Notes: generated by a model not told the origin, from the sequence alone. A stretch of 64,000 bases of DNA from Patescibacteria group bacterium (GCA_015485695.1 WFTB01000027.1:20183-84182), one strand, 5' to 3'; positions 49,874 to 61,202 are shown, numbered from the stretch's first letter. Program-made: numbers and translations.

Positions 49874-51049
49874 ATGGACAAAAACTCAACAATTCCTCTC
49901 TCGGAGAGAATGCGTCCATTGACTATCGATGATTTTTTCGGTCAGGAACGATTGATTGGCAAGGGGACGATCCTTAGAAAAGCGATAGAGAATGACACTA
50001 TTTCTTCGATGGTTCTGTGGGGACCTCCCGGGACCGGCAAGACAACTCTCGCTCACATAATAAAAGAAAGCACGGGAGCCGAATTTGCGACTTTATCCGC
50101 CACTCATGGCGGAGTTAAGGATTTTCTGTCCATTGTTGAACGCGCTGAATCGGGACTGCGCCTCGGCAAGAAAACGATTTTATTCATTGACGAGATACAC
50201 AGGTGGAACAAATCGCAACAAGACAAACTGTTGCCGTATGTTGAGCGCGGTACGATAATCCTAATCGGAGCTACGACCGAGAATCCGAGTTTTGAATTAA
50301 ACTCTGCTTTACTGTCTCGTTTGAATGTGTTTGTGTTGGAGCGGTTGGACAAAGACTCGCTCGTTAAAATTTTCAAAAGAGCTCTCCGTGCCATTGACGC
50401 GAAATTGACGGATGATGTGGTGCTGATTATAGCCGAGCAATCGAACGGAGACGCTCGATTCGGACTTAATGTTATCGACTCGCTTATAAAAAGCGGTGAC
50501 AAAATCACGACAGACAAGGTGAAATCGATATTGCAAAAACGACACTTGCCGTATGATAAAACAGGTGACGAACATTATAACCTTGTTTCGGCTTTGCATA
50601 AATCGATGCGTGGCGGAGATTCGCGAGCGTCCGTGTACTGGTTGGTTAGAATGTTGGAAGGAGGGGAGAGTCCGACTTACATAGCGAGAAGACTGATTCG
50701 ATTCGCCTCAGAAGACATCGGTATGGCGAACAATTCCGCGTTATTGCTTGCTAATTCCGTTTTTGACGCGTGTCATAAATTGGGCATGCCAGAATGCGGA
50801 GTTCACTTGGCTCATGCGGTGATGTATTTGGCAAAGAGCGATAAAAGCATATCGGCTTACAAAGCCTATGAGAGAGCTCAAAAGGAAGTGAAAGAGCACG
50901 GCGCTTTGCCGGTGCCAAAACACCTCAGAAACGCCCCGACGAAAATGATGAAGGACTTGGGATACGGAGTCGGATATAAATACACTCCCTTGGAAAATTC
51001 CGAAGAACAGCGATATATGCCCGATGAGTTACGCGAAAGCGAAGATTGA
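49874..51049 (+). CDS. rarA: Replication-associated recombination protein A
   Basis: GPPGTGKT, DEIHR, GATTENP, SALHKSMRG, ASEDIG. Confidence 0.95.
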   Translation: MDKNSTIPLSERMRPLTIDDFFGQERLIGKGTILRKAIENDTISSMVLWGPPGTGKTTLAHIIKESTGAEFATLSATHGGVKDFLSIVERAESGLRLGKKTILFIDEIHRWNKSQQDKLLPYVERGTIILIGATTENPSFELNSALLSRLNVFVLERLDKDSLVKIFKRALRAIDAKLTDDVVLIIAEQSNGDARFGLNVIDSLIKSGDKITTDKVKSILQKRHLPYDKTGDEHYNLVSALHKSMRGGDSRASVYWLVRMLEGGESPTYIARRLIRFASEDIGMANNSALLLANSVFDACHKLGMPECGVHLAHAVMYLAKSDKSISAYKAYERAQKEVKEHGALPVPKHLRNAPTKMMKDLGYGVGYKYTPLENSEEQRYMPDELRESED

Positions 51050-51181
51050 TAAAATTGCGACCGCGCGAATGTTTTTTTAAATTCACGATAGGCTTTTGTT
51101 TCGGTTTTTGTGTTTTGTGGTTTTTTAATTCATTGAACTGTTGTATAATGACAGAGATAAGATTTCCTTTAAATTTCACAC

Positions 51182-52312
51182 ATGGTTCAAAAACAAAAAA
51201 CCAAAACAAATAAAAAAACTCCGGAACTTAAACCTTTGGGCGGTAAGACGCAAAAAACTTCAGGTCAAACAATTTCAAAAATCAACTTTAAAACGTCCAA
51301 TCGTCCGATTTCGAGCTCAACGGAATCCAAACCAACATTGTCCGCCGGTGTTGTTTTGAGGTGCCATGGAATGGACAGGTTGGTGCTCGGCGTTTTCGTG
51401 TTTGTTTTATCTTTGGCGTTTGTAGGACAGTATACGGATTGGTATGATTTTGATTTGACCATTTTATGGCAATTTTGGCCATTGTGGCTCTTGTTTTTAT
51501 TGCTATCGGCGTACATGCATTCCAGAGCGTCCGTTGTGACGAATACAATTATGAGCCTCGCTTTTCTTGGGTCCGTCGGAATAATATGGGCGGGCAACGT
51601 GACTCCCGCTGATTTTAACATAGCAATCGCAAGAACGGTGAGCGGAAAAGGGGAACTTGTTGTCGAGAACAGGAAGTTGTCGGGATTTGATTCGATTGAA
51701 TTTAACGGAAAGGGTTTTGTGGTCATAAATCAAGGGTTGCGCGAGGAAGTTATTGTTCAGGCGGAGGATACCGTTATTAAAAACATAATAACGGCTATAA
51801 CCGATGATTCCGTTTTGACAATAGATTTCAAAAAAGAGTCTTTGTGGGAGAGAGTGGTGCCAAAACAAATTCCGAAATTTTACATTACGGTAAAAGAGTT
51901 GAGAAACATAGAGCTTTCAGGCTCGGGAGTCATAGAAAGCGGCTCTATTAATTTGCAGGATTTGACGTTGCGTTTAAGGGGTTCCGGAGAATTTGACATG
52001 AATATGAATGTTGATACCTTGGTGGTCGACGCTCTCGGGTCCGGCAGGTTGGCGCTTTCCGGAATCGCGAACAGTCAGATTGTAAATATAAACGGTTCGG
52101 TGGCTTATGACGGGCAAAGACTTGTCGGCAAAGACGGTTATATATCGATTTCCGGATCCGGCGCGGCGGTGGTTAACATATTGTCTTCTCTGAACGCCGA
52201 AATAAACGGATCCGGAGTGATAACGTATTTTGGAGAACCTGACGTTACCGAGAATATAAACGGTTCCGGAGAAGTGGTTCAGTATGATTTGGATTTATCG
52301 GTTGAATTATAA
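51182..52312 (+). CDS. Membrane protein with DUF2807/GIN-like beta-helix
   Basis: LWQFWP TM region followed by repeated SGSG/NGSG units. Confidence 0.75.
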   Translation: MVQKQKTKTNKKTPELKPLGGKTQKTSGQTISKINFKTSNRPISSSTESKPTLSAGVVLRCHGMDRLVLGVFVFVLSLAFVGQYTDWYDFDLTILWQFWPLWLLFLLLSAYMHSRASVVTNTIMSLAFLGSVGIIWAGNVTPADFNIAIARTVSGKGELVVENRKLSGFDSIEFNGKGFVVINQGLREEVIVQAEDTVIKNIITAITDDSVLTIDFKKESLWERVVPKQIPKFYITVKELRNIELSGSGVIESGSINLQDLTLRLRGSGEFDMNMNVDTLVVDALGSGRLALSGIANSQIVNINGSVAYDGQRLVGKDGYISISGSGAAVVNILSSLNAEINGSGVITYFGEPDVTENINGSGEVVQYDLDLSVEL

Positions 52313-52434
52313 AAACGTCAAGAGAATACGGAATAACGAAAAAACCCGAAATGGATGATGTTTTGACGGTGAATCTTGAAAAGAGTTCGGATATTTACCA
52401 TCACCTCTTGAGTACATGATTTTATGGGAGTTAC

Positions 52435-53721
52435 ATGAACAAGAAAAAAACGGTTACGGCAACTTTTGACAGTCTTTCTTATTCCGGATACGGATCCGGA
52501 GTTACTTCCGATGGGAAGAAGGTTTACGCGTGGAACGCTTATCCCGGGGAAGTCGCGAAGGTTGATTTATTCGGATACAAAAAAGAACCGCTTAAAGGAA
52601 CCGCGGTTGAAATAATAAAACCCTCAAAATACCGAATACCTCCTCGCGAAAAACATTTTCTTATTACAAGCCCTTGGCAAACAGTATCATACGAACGAGA
52701 AATAATTTGGAAAACCATTATAGTTCGTCGCGTATGGAAAGAAGTTTCGGGTATTGATTTGGGGGACGGTTTAAAATGCGTATATGACAATTATCAATTT
52801 AACTATAGAAACAGCATTGAATTCAACACCATAGATACGGAAGAAGGGATTCGAACCGCCCTGATGAAACGCGGACGCAAAGAAGTATCAATCGTGGAAA
52901 AGTCCGCTCTAGCTTATGAGTGTGTGAATGATACCGCCGAGGATATTGTAAATCAGTTGACGTCGTTTAATGTGGAGTCGTCTGACATAAAGCGCATAAT
53001 TATACGAGCCAATAGAACTCGAGAAGTCATAGCCGGTATTTATGTTACGGACCCTGGATTCGGCTCACAATGCCAATTTACTCTCAACAAAGGACTTAAA
53101 GGGTTGCAGGTTTATTATTCCGATTCCGGAGTCTCACAGCCGGTACCGACGCAGCTTTTACAATCATACGGAGATCCTAAAATCGGCGAACTGGTAGGGA
53201 GCAAGATATTGCGTTATGGGGTTTCGGATTTTTTTCAACCCAATATTCCATTGTTCGAACGGGCTGTATCGAAAATGCGACCTTATGTTAAAGGTGAAGA
53301 TATTGTGGATTTTTACAGCGGTGTTGGAAGCATAGGGGTATCTCTATCGGATTATGTAAAAAGCGGAGTTCTGGTCGAAGAGAGCTCAAAGGCAACCGAA
53401 TGGGCGAAACGAAACATAAAAGAAAACAAAATAACTAACATGGAGGCGATTACATCATCGACTCAAGACGCCCTTGAGCATATTACGTCGGAAAAAGTTA
53501 TAGTGCTCGACCCCCCAAGAGAAGGTTTGCATGAGAGGGTCGTGCGTAAACTATCAGATGAAAAACCAAAGCGAATCATATATTTGTCTTGCAAGCCATA
53601 TACTCAAGCGAGAGATATTCGTTACTTGTTGGAATTTTATTCTTTGATATTCATTGAGCTGTATAATTTTTTCCCTCGCACTCCGCACATAGAATCTCTA
53701 TGCGTCCTGGAAAGGAAATAA
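52435..53721 (+). CDS. RNA m5U methyltransferase (RlmD/TrmA family)
   Basis: FFQPN, DFYSGVG, LDPPREG, YLSC, FFPRTPHIE. Confidence 0.9.
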   Translation: MNKKKTVTATFDSLSYSGYGSGVTSDGKKVYAWNAYPGEVAKVDLFGYKKEPLKGTAVEIIKPSKYRIPPREKHFLITSPWQTVSYEREIIWKTIIVRRVWKEVSGIDLGDGLKCVYDNYQFNYRNSIEFNTIDTEEGIRTALMKRGRKEVSIVEKSALAYECVNDTAEDIVNQLTSFNVESSDIKRIIIRANRTREVIAGIYVTDPGFGSQCQFTLNKGLKGLQVYYSDSGVSQPVPTQLLQSYGDPKIGELVGSKILRYGVSDFFQPNIPLFERAVSKMRPYVKGEDIVDFYSGVGSIGVSLSDYVKSGVLVEESSKATEWAKRNIKENKITNMEAITSSTQDALEHITSEKVIVLDPPREGLHERVVRKLSDEKPKRIIYLSCKPYTQARDIRYLLEFYSLIFIELYNFFPRTPHIESLCVLERK

Positions 53722-53818
53722 AGCATCATGCGGAATCCGTAAAATCTTCAGTTTTGGTATTGTTTGTATATTTTGATATACTTCACACCCGTATTTATCA
53801 GTTTTAAAACTATTTGAA

Positions 53819-55933
53819 ATGTTATTTCCAAGCTCTTCTCGAAAACTAATCGGATTGTTTGCGATTCTTGTTTTGGTTTCTTTAAGCGGTTTTTTTCTTA
53901 CAACTTCCGATATAAGATTTTTCAAAAAAATAAACACCCCTTTGATTCCCGAAAACGACAGGACATTGATTGATACGTTCAAAGACAAGAATGATTTTTT
54001 GGCGTATATCGCGAATGTCGGATATTCACGGTATGAAAATCTCGGAATTGGAGCAATTGCCATGCGCTCCGGCATGACAGTTGATGATATGACCGCGATT
54101 CGCGAGGTCGCGCCCGCTCCTACATCTCTTGAGAGCGGAGCCGTTGTCGATGGATTCGGTCCCGAGCAAATCCCATCTCGATTTTCCGAAACGAACGTTC
54201 GCGTATCCGGTATAGATGAACCCGATATCGTAAAGACGAATGGCTCCGAATTGTTCGTATCGACGCCGTATTACGGAAGAATACGACCGATGTTTTTCGA
54301 TGAGCCTGAAGTTGAGCCTTTTCTCGAAGAATCGGATTCGCAAATAAGAACAAAGGCAAATGCGGTTATGCTCGATGAGGGAATATCTCCAGTGTTAAAT
54401 CAAGGTGGCATTAAGGCGGTAAAAGCGTTTCCGCCAGGAGACCTCGCGATTGAGGGGGAAATAGATTTGTCAGGTGATTTGTTGTTGTACGAGGATACTC
54501 TGATTGTGTTTTCAAGTGACGGTGTAAGAGGATACGATATATCCGACGCTCGAAATCCGAAAGAAATTTGGGAAAATAAACTTGATTCTAAAAGCCGAAT
54601 AGTCACTTCTCGCTTATATAACGGCAAAATATACATGATAACTTCAACTTGGATTCAATACAGGCAACCATGTCCCGTAATTCCCCTTGAAGTGAACGGC
54701 GAAGATTTGGTGATTCCGTGCAATCGAATATATTATCCGACGAAAGTTGTGGCAACCGACAGTACATATACGGCAATGGTTGTAGACCCCGATACCGGTA
54801 ATGTTATAGATTCGATTTCATTTACCGGCTCGCAAGGGCAATCTGTCGTTTATATGTCAAAAAACAATATTTACATAGCCGGACAACAACAAGTGGATAT
54901 GTTGCCGTTTATGACCGGATTCTTGTCCGAAAATCCGGATATAATACCATCTTGGGTTACCGATAAGCTGAAAAAACTCATGAGCTATGATATCGGGAGA
55001 AATGCGAAGATGGCGGAATTTTCGGACATTATGGCGCAATTCCAATCTTCCCTTGATGAAGATGAAATGCTCAAACTTGAAAACGAGTTCGAAAACAGAA
55101 TGAACTCGTATTATGAGCGATTCAAGCGCGATTTGACGAAGACGATTATCGCGAAAGTGTCGATTAACGAAAAAGACGACAAGATATTTAATATGTCCGA
55201 ATACGGCACCGTGCCGGGAAGGCTTTTGAATTCATTTTCGATAGACGAATATGACGGATATTTGCGCGTCGCTACGACAATAGACGGTCAACGGATTGGA
55301 CTTGGAAGATTCGGAAGGACCGGGGAGAGCGTAAATGATTTGTATGTGCTGGACGAGAATATGAATGTTGCGGGTTCCGTTTTGGACATGGGTCGCGACG
55401 AGAGAATTTTCTCGGCTCGTTTTATCGGCGATCTTGCGTATTTGGTTACCTTTAAGCAAATCGATCCTTTTTTCGTTCTTGATTTGTCAAACCCGCGCAA
55501 ACCGAAAATAGCGGGCGAGTTAAAAATTCCGGGATTTTCTTCGTATCTGCACCCACTGAAAGAAAATACAATTCTTGGTGTCGGAAGGGAAAACTCAAAG
55601 GTAAAACTTTCGATATTTGATGTAAGCAATCCGTCAAATCCCGTTGAATCGTCCAAGTATTTGATGTCCGCCTTTTGGTCAGATGTTCAAAATACGCATC
55701 GCGCGTTTTTGCAAGATTCGAAAAACGAATTGTTTTTCATACCTGCCGGACGTTCCGGATATATATTTTCATATTCTGACGATACCATAAAACTTGAAAA
55801 AGCGATAAGTGACATAAACGCAAAACGCGCGGTGTTTATTGACGAGTACTTCTACATAATCGGAACCGACAAGATAGTTGTTGTAAGTTTGAAGGACTAT
55901 GAGAGAGTGAATGAGCTTTCTCTTAGACAATAA
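53819..55933 (+). CDS. Secreted beta-propeller domain protein
   Basis: SETNV..SGIDEPDIVKT, LRVATT, LVTFKQIDPFF, GELKIPGFSSYLHP. Confidence 0.85.
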   Translation: MLFPSSSRKLIGLFAILVLVSLSGFFLTTSDIRFFKKINTPLIPENDRTLIDTFKDKNDFLAYIANVGYSRYENLGIGAIAMRSGMTVDDMTAIREVAPAPTSLESGAVVDGFGPEQIPSRFSETNVRVSGIDEPDIVKTNGSELFVSTPYYGRIRPMFFDEPEVEPFLEESDSQIRTKANAVMLDEGISPVLNQGGIKAVKAFPPGDLAIEGEIDLSGDLLLYEDTLIVFSSDGVRGYDISDARNPKEIWENKLDSKSRIVTSRLYNGKIYMITSTWIQYRQPCPVIPLEVNGEDLVIPCNRIYYPTKVVATDSTYTAMVVDPDTGNVIDSISFTGSQGQSVVYMSKNNIYIAGQQQVDMLPFMTGFLSENPDIIPSWVTDKLKKLMSYDIGRNAKMAEFSDIMAQFQSSLDEDEMLKLENEFENRMNSYYERFKRDLTKTIIAKVSINEKDDKIFNMSEYGTVPGRLLNSFSIDEYDGYLRVATTIDGQRIGLGRFGRTGESVNDLYVLDENMNVAGSVLDMGRDERIFSARFIGDLAYLVTFKQIDPFFVLDLSNPRKPKIAGELKIPGFSSYLHPLKENTILGVGRENSKVKLSIFDVSNPSNPVESSKYLMSAFWSDVQNTHRAFLQDSKNELFFIPAGRSGYIFSYSDDTIKLEKAISDINAKRAVFIDEYFYIIGTDKIVVVSLKDYERVNELSLRQ

Positions 55934-56061
55934 TGAGCGATGCGCTAGAATTAAAATGTTAAATATGCTATAGTCATCTTGTCTTTATATAACAAGTAAA
56001 CAGAAGAACATTCGAGTTTGTCGTGAATGAATCGCATAATCGGTGTTTTTAAAAGAAATTT

Positions 56062-57042
56062 ATGAATGCAAAATATTCTCAAGAGGGGTTTGGCAAGGTT
56101 GGCGTTTTACTCGTCGTTCTTGCGGTTATAATAGTCGGTTCAGTATGGTTTTTTCAAAACAAAAAATCCGCTTCCACTTTACCAGGTGAAGAAAAAAGCG
56201 CAACGGTTGACGGCAAAGGGGCGACGGTCGTTACGGATATAATCGAAGGAAAAGGAGATGTCGTAGAGGTCGGGAATCCGGTCATGGTTCATTATGTTGG
56301 GACTTTAGCCGATGGAACGGTATTTGATTCTTCTTACAATCGCGGAGCTCCTTTTATATTCGTCGCGGGAAGCGGGCAGGTCATAAAAGGTTGGGACGAA
56401 GGCATAATCGGTATGAGAGTCGGCGGTAAGCGTCGTCTGGAGGTTCCGTCGAGTTTGGCGTATGGGGAAGCCGGAGCGGGCGACGTGATACCCCCGAATT
56501 CAGATTTGATTTTTGAAATCGAGCTCCTTGGAATTGAGGGTAAATTGGGGCTTCCGACTGATGAGTCCGTCAAGGCGATAATGTCGGACAGCGACATGAA
56601 CACAGATTCCAAAAAGACGGATATTGCGGATGAAACCAAAGCCGAAATAGCATCTCTCGGACAAGACTCTTTTGAATATCGAGGCACCGTTATGGACGTT
56701 ACCGGACTTGAGCCGGTAAGAGGGGTGAATACCTTTGGGGCGTCTTCCGGTATAGTGTACGCCGGGTTTTCGGAAGGTAAGTACAGGCTAAATGCCATTT
56801 TCAGTTTTTTGCCAAAACCGGAAGGCGATGATTATTACGAAGGGTGGATAGTTCGAATGAATCCGCCAAGCGTTATCAGCACCGGACGCCTGGAGGAAAT
56901 CGGCTCCGGCGCGTTTTCCAACATGTATTTGTCCGAGCAAGATTTTTCGGACCACGATTTTTACGTATTAACATTGGAACCAAACGATGGAGACGCGAGT
57001 CCCGGCGGGCATGTTCTTGAAGGAAAACTTTTGAAACTTTAA
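56062..57042 (+). CDS. FKBP-type PPIase fused to an unknown C-terminal domain
   Basis: VHYVGTL..FDSS..VIKGWDEG..LAYG; C-terminal YEGWIV..YVLTLEP..HVLEG. Confidence 0.88.
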   Translation: MNAKYSQEGFGKVGVLLVVLAVIIVGSVWFFQNKKSASTLPGEEKSATVDGKGATVVTDIIEGKGDVVEVGNPVMVHYVGTLADGTVFDSSYNRGAPFIFVAGSGQVIKGWDEGIIGMRVGGKRRLEVPSSLAYGEAGAGDVIPPNSDLIFEIELLGIEGKLGLPTDESVKAIMSDSDMNTDSKKTDIADETKAEIASLGQDSFEYRGTVMDVTGLEPVRGVNTFGASSGIVYAGFSEGKYRLNAIFSFLPKPEGDDYYEGWIVRMNPPSVISTGRLEEIGSGAFSNMYLSEQDFSDHDFYVLTLEPNDGDASPGGHVLEGKLLKL

Positions 57043-57050
57043 CTATCGAT

Positions 57051-57851
57051 GTGTCACGTATGCACGCGTTGCGAACTCGATTCAAAAAAGACATAGTTTC
57101 GGAATTCAAAATTCCGTCGATCGCGGTCAGGCGCATGAAAAAAGACTCAAGCGGAATGCTACATGACGATAGAGCTAAGGTCATAATCTACGCGGGAGGA
57201 ATGCCGGGATTTCCAGGGTTCGGAGAGGCGCATGATTTTTTCGTCAAGAAAGGGTACTGGGTTTTCGTGCCAAGATATCGTGGAACGTGGGAGAGTGGTG
57301 GTCGATTTTTGCAAATGTCTCCGCATAAAGATTTGTTGGATGTTGTTGACGGTATCTCTCGAGGATTCAAGGATGAGTGGAGCGGTATCGAATATAAACT
57401 TACTCCAAAAAAACTTTATTTGTTCGGTTCGAGTTTTGGCGGTGCCGCCGTCCTTCTTGCCGGATCAGATAAAAGAGTGACAAAAGTGGTTGCAAGATCA
57501 CCCGTTGTAGACTGGCTTAAGATGAATGAAGGCATAGAACCGCATGATTGGTTATACGGATTTGTAAAACGCGCGTTTGGCAATGCATACAGGCTCGTGA
57601 AACGAGATTGGAACAAGTTGCAAAATGGCGTGTTTTATAATCCGATTGCCCACACGAGAAACATCGACGGCAAAAAGGTTCTAATAATACACGCTAAGGA
57701 CGATGATGTAGTCACATATAAACCGAGTGTTGTTTTCGCGCGCAAGACAGGCTCGAGTTTGTGGCTGTTGAAATCCGGAGGACATCTTTCGAGTTCGATT
57801 TTTATGAGCGTTAGGGGGTACAAAAAAATCTCAGAATTTCTGAAAAAATAA
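57051..57851 (+). CDS. Alpha/beta hydrolase (S9-like)
   Basis: GSSFGG, H..DD.V, GGH. Confidence 0.82.
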   Translation: MSRMHALRTRFKKDIVSEFKIPSIAVRRMKKDSSGMLHDDRAKVIIYAGGMPGFPGFGEAHDFFVKKGYWVFVPRYRGTWESGGRFLQMSPHKDLLDVVDGISRGFKDEWSGIEYKLTPKKLYLFGSSFGGAAVLLAGSDKRVTKVVARSPVVDWLKMNEGIEPHDWLYGFVKRAFGNAYRLVKRDWNKLQNGVFYNPIAHTRNIDGKKVLIIHAKDDDVVTYKPSVVFARKTGSSLWLLKSGGHLSSSIFMSVRGYKKISEFLKK

Positions 57852-57853
57852 AT

Positions 57854-58657
57854 ATGGCAAAATTTTCTCTGACTACATGGAATATTATGGGAAAACGACC
57901 CGGAAATTCCAGGCTACTGAAAAAAGTTTCCAATTATTTGGATAAAAATTTATCGGATGTAATATGCCTTCAAGAAAATCCGCATGCGAAAGAAATGTTC
58001 GCAAATCATTCGCCTTATCTTTCGTATAAGATTGTGCAGAGTAAAAAAAAGAACATGTTTTTTTCGAATGCGAATACGATTTTGAGCAGATTCGCCATAG
58101 TTGGAAGCGGGGAGATAAGTTTCAGGAAACGCAACAAGAACAAATTCAGGCGAATGGCGAGCGCGCTTGACAGGCACGAATGCGTGTGGGCGGATATTAA
58201 ATTTCCCGGAGTCGTGTTGAGGGTGTATAATTGCCACCTTAAACTTATGGCGACAACCGCCAAGGACCGATTGAGAGCGATTGAGAAAGTGTATAAACAC
58301 GCCAAGACGGCATCCGGACCCGTTGTGGTTTGCGGAGACATGAACACTGTCCTGTCTCACAGGAAAGGTATTGCCAGAAAGGTGATTCATTGGTTTAATG
58401 AGATAGAAGACGTATATACGCATGGAAAGTTTCAAGTGATTGATGAGAGGTACGGGTTTCGAAGATTGGCCGAAAAGTACAATATGCAAGACGTTTTAAA
58501 AATCGACAAACCAACATTTGCCATTCCTCATACGTCAATAGAGCTTTTTAAATTAAAATTGGATTGGATTCTGATTAAAAAAATGCGCTTCATTTCATCT
58601 GATTACGGTCCGTACATATCTGACCACAGGCCGATACGCGCTCTCTTTGAATTATAG
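57854..58657 (+). CDS. Endonuclease/exonuclease/phosphatase family protein
   Basis: TWNI, CLQE, CGDMN, LDWI, SDHRP. Confidence 0.88.
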   Translation: MAKFSLTTWNIMGKRPGNSRLLKKVSNYLDKNLSDVICLQENPHAKEMFANHSPYLSYKIVQSKKKNMFFSNANTILSRFAIVGSGEISFRKRNKNKFRRMASALDRHECVWADIKFPGVVLRVYNCHLKLMATTAKDRLRAIEKVYKHAKTASGPVVVCGDMNTVLSHRKGIARKVIHWFNEIEDVYTHGKFQVIDERYGFRRLAEKYNMQDVLKIDKPTFAIPHTSIELFKLKLDWILIKKMRFISSDYGPYISDHRPIRALFEL

Positions 58658-58724
58658 TTTTAAGGTTTTGCGAGTTTGTGTTTAAAGGTTCGTTATTTGG
58701 TTTTATAATCTATAATTTTTTGAT

Positions 58725-59744
58725 ATGTTTTCATCTCTTAACGTTTTTGTGCAGTCGATTTCGATATTGATTTTGTTTTTGGCGCTTGGCAAATTCGCAA
58801 CATGGTTTGCTCAAAACACGCTTCTTAGGTGGACTAAAAAAACAGATACGAATTTGGATGATTTGATAGTGGAGAAAATCAAACCGCCGTTTTCTTATGT
58901 TATTTGGTTTTTGGGAATTCGTCTCGCCATTGCCCCCATAGGTTTGGAAATAGAATGGGTTGACAAGGTTTTAAACACCGTGATTTTGAGCATAGCGTTT
59001 TATTCGGTTGCGGTCGTATCGGACATAATAATTAAGGGCTTGCTCGGCAAAATCACGTCCAAAACATCGACAACTCTCGATGACACATTAATGCCACTCG
59101 TAAACAGAACCATAAATATCGTCATAGTGATACTTGGTATTATGTGGATTTTGGCCATTTGGGACATAGATTTAACTCCTTTGGTCGCAAGTCTGGGTGT
59201 AGCGGGTCTAGCTTTGAGTTTTGCCATGAAGGATTCGTTGGCGAATATTTTCGGCGGAATCTCTCTTATATTGGACCAGACGATTTCGGTGGGGGATAAA
59301 GTCAAGATAGAGAGCGGGGACATAGGGCATATTCACGAAATAGGTCTCAGGTCGACGAAACTTCGTACGGCGGACAATGAAATGATAATAATTCCGAACG
59401 GACAACTTGCGAATTCCAGAATTCAAAATTTTGCCAAGCCTTCATTGGCGCAACGAGTAGTCGTCAACTTCGGTGTTTCGTATGATTCGGAGGTTGACAA
59501 AGTTCGAAAGGTTGTCCGTGACGCGATTTTGAGCATAGATGACATAGATGAAGAACAGAAACCCCCGGAGGTTTTATTTATAGGCATGGGCGAGTCGTCT
59601 TTGGATTTTTCAGCTCGTTTTTGGATTTCAAATTACGCTAATGCCTGGGAGAAAAAACTTGAAGCGACGGATAAAATTTTTGCCACACTTTCTTCGAATA
59701 AAATCGACATACCGTATCCGACAAGAACCATAATAAGAAAGTAA
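58725..59744 (+). CDS. Small-conductance mechanosensitive channel (MscS family)
   Basis: LGVAGLAL, IGLRST, IPN, IPYP. Confidence 0.92.
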   Translation: MFSSLNVFVQSISILILFLALGKFATWFAQNTLLRWTKKTDTNLDDLIVEKIKPPFSYVIWFLGIRLAIAPIGLEIEWVDKVLNTVILSIAFYSVAVVSDIIIKGLLGKITSKTSTTLDDTLMPLVNRTINIVIVILGIMWILAIWDIDLTPLVASLGVAGLALSFAMKDSLANIFGGISLILDQTISVGDKVKIESGDIGHIHEIGLRSTKLRTADNEMIIIPNGQLANSRIQNFAKPSLAQRVVVNFGVSYDSEVDKVRKVVRDAILSIDDIDEEQKPPEVLFIGMGESSLDFSARFWISNYANAWEKKLEATDKIFATLSSNKIDIPYPTRTIIRK

Positions 59745-59749
59745 AATTC

Positions 59750-59799
59750 AATCCCAAAATTTGCCACACCACGCTGTTTTGGCATTTTTGGGATTTTTT
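59750..59799 (+). terminator. Terminator after MscS gene
   Basis: AATCCCAAAA..GCCA/TGGC..TTTTGGGATT + T-run. Confidence 0.6.
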
Positions 59800-59864
59800 G
59801 AGCGCTTGTTGTTTGGCGCCGGATTTTTATTTGTAATAAGATGGTCTTTCGGTATAATAATCAT

Positions 59865-61202
59865 ATGGAATTAAAATCCGTAAAAGAAATACCAAAACTA
59901 AAAAACAAGCGCGTTCTTTTGCGACTGGACCTTGATGTTTCCGTCGGGAGCGATGGTTTTATAGATGATTGTGAAGACGCGCGAATTAAGTCCGCTTTGC
60001 CTTCGATTGAGTTTCTTATTAAAAAAAACGCCCGAATCACAATCGTTGGACACATGGGGAGACCTGGCGGGCGAGTTAACGGCTCCTTGGTTTTGTTGCC
60101 GGTTGTCAAGCGCATGGCAACGCTATTGGGTGAATCGATGAATTCCAAAACAAGTATAGAAAAAACGAGATTGAATGATTTCGATGCGTATTCACTGATT
60201 ATCGAATCGAGTCGGATGAAAATCGATGTTTTGGAAAATATCCGTTTTTTTCCGGGAGAAACTCGCAATCACGCAAATCTCGCTTCCAAACTGGCGACGT
60301 TGGCGGATGTTTATGTAAACGACGCTTTCGCCGTATCGCACAGAGCGCACGCTTCGATAAACGCAATAACGAAAAAACTCCCTCCCTATGCCGGTATTCA
60401 ACTTATAAAAGAGGTCAAGAATCTTGGCAAAGTTCTAAAACGTCCTCCAAGACCTTTAACGCTTATAATGGGCGGGGTGAAAGCCGAAACAAAACTCAAA
60501 TTGATTGAAAAATTTTTGCCTCGTTCTGATTATGTTTTGCTCGGATCGGCTCTTGCGAATAATTTTTATTCCGAACTCGGTTTTGAAATAGGGAACTCTC
60601 GTTTGAGTTTAGGGGTCGGGTCTATCGTCAAAAGACTGATATCAAATCCGGCGTATACGATATTGGGCGATGTCGGGAAAAATATTCTGATAAATCCCGA
60701 CGAAGTCGCAAATCCAGACATAAAGACCATAAAATCTTTGCGTAAGCGAATAATTTTACCTCCTGACGTTGTATTGGGAGAAATGCACGACAATAAAAGA
60801 CTTGAAAACAATATCAGATTACCGCGTAGAACAGTTCTTGTGCGCGCGGATAATCCTGAAATATCTCCTCATCCTTACTCTATTTTGGATATAGGAAGTG
60901 TTACTGTTTCTTTGTACAAAGAAATCATAAAACACTCTAAGACAATTATATGGAACGGTCCCATGGGCATGTTTGAGAATGAGCAGTACGATTATGGTAC
61001 TTATCAGATAGCAAAATCCGTGGCAGAATCAAAAGGCAGAGCGATAATAGGAGGCGGAGACACCGTCACCGCGGTAGAGAGCGATCGCATTGATTTTTCC
61101 AGGAATACGTTCATATCGACCGGTGGAGGAGCGATGTTGGAATTTTTAATAAATCCAAATTTACCAGGAATATCGCCACTGATTAAAAAAACGACTGCAT
61201 GA
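59865..61202 (+). CDS. pgk: Phosphoglycerate kinase
   Basis: GHMGRP, LENIRF, NDAFAVSHRAHAS, WNGPMG.FE, GGGDT, STGGGA.LEF. Confidence 0.95.
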   Translation: MELKSVKEIPKLKNKRVLLRLDLDVSVGSDGFIDDCEDARIKSALPSIEFLIKKNARITIVGHMGRPGGRVNGSLVLLPVVKRMATLLGESMNSKTSIEKTRLNDFDAYSLIIESSRMKIDVLENIRFFPGETRNHANLASKLATLADVYVNDAFAVSHRAHASINAITKKLPPYAGIQLIKEVKNLGKVLKRPPRPLTLIMGGVKAETKLKLIEKFLPRSDYVLLGSALANNFYSELGFEIGNSRLSLGVGSIVKRLISNPAYTILGDVGKNILINPDEVANPDIKTIKSLRKRIILPPDVVLGEMHDNKRLENNIRLPRRTVLVRADNPEISPHPYSILDIGSVTVSLYKEIIKHSKTIIWNGPMGMFENEQYDYGTYQIAKSVAESKGRAIIGGGDTVTAVESDRIDFSRNTFISTGGGAMLEFLINPNLPGISPLIKKTTA

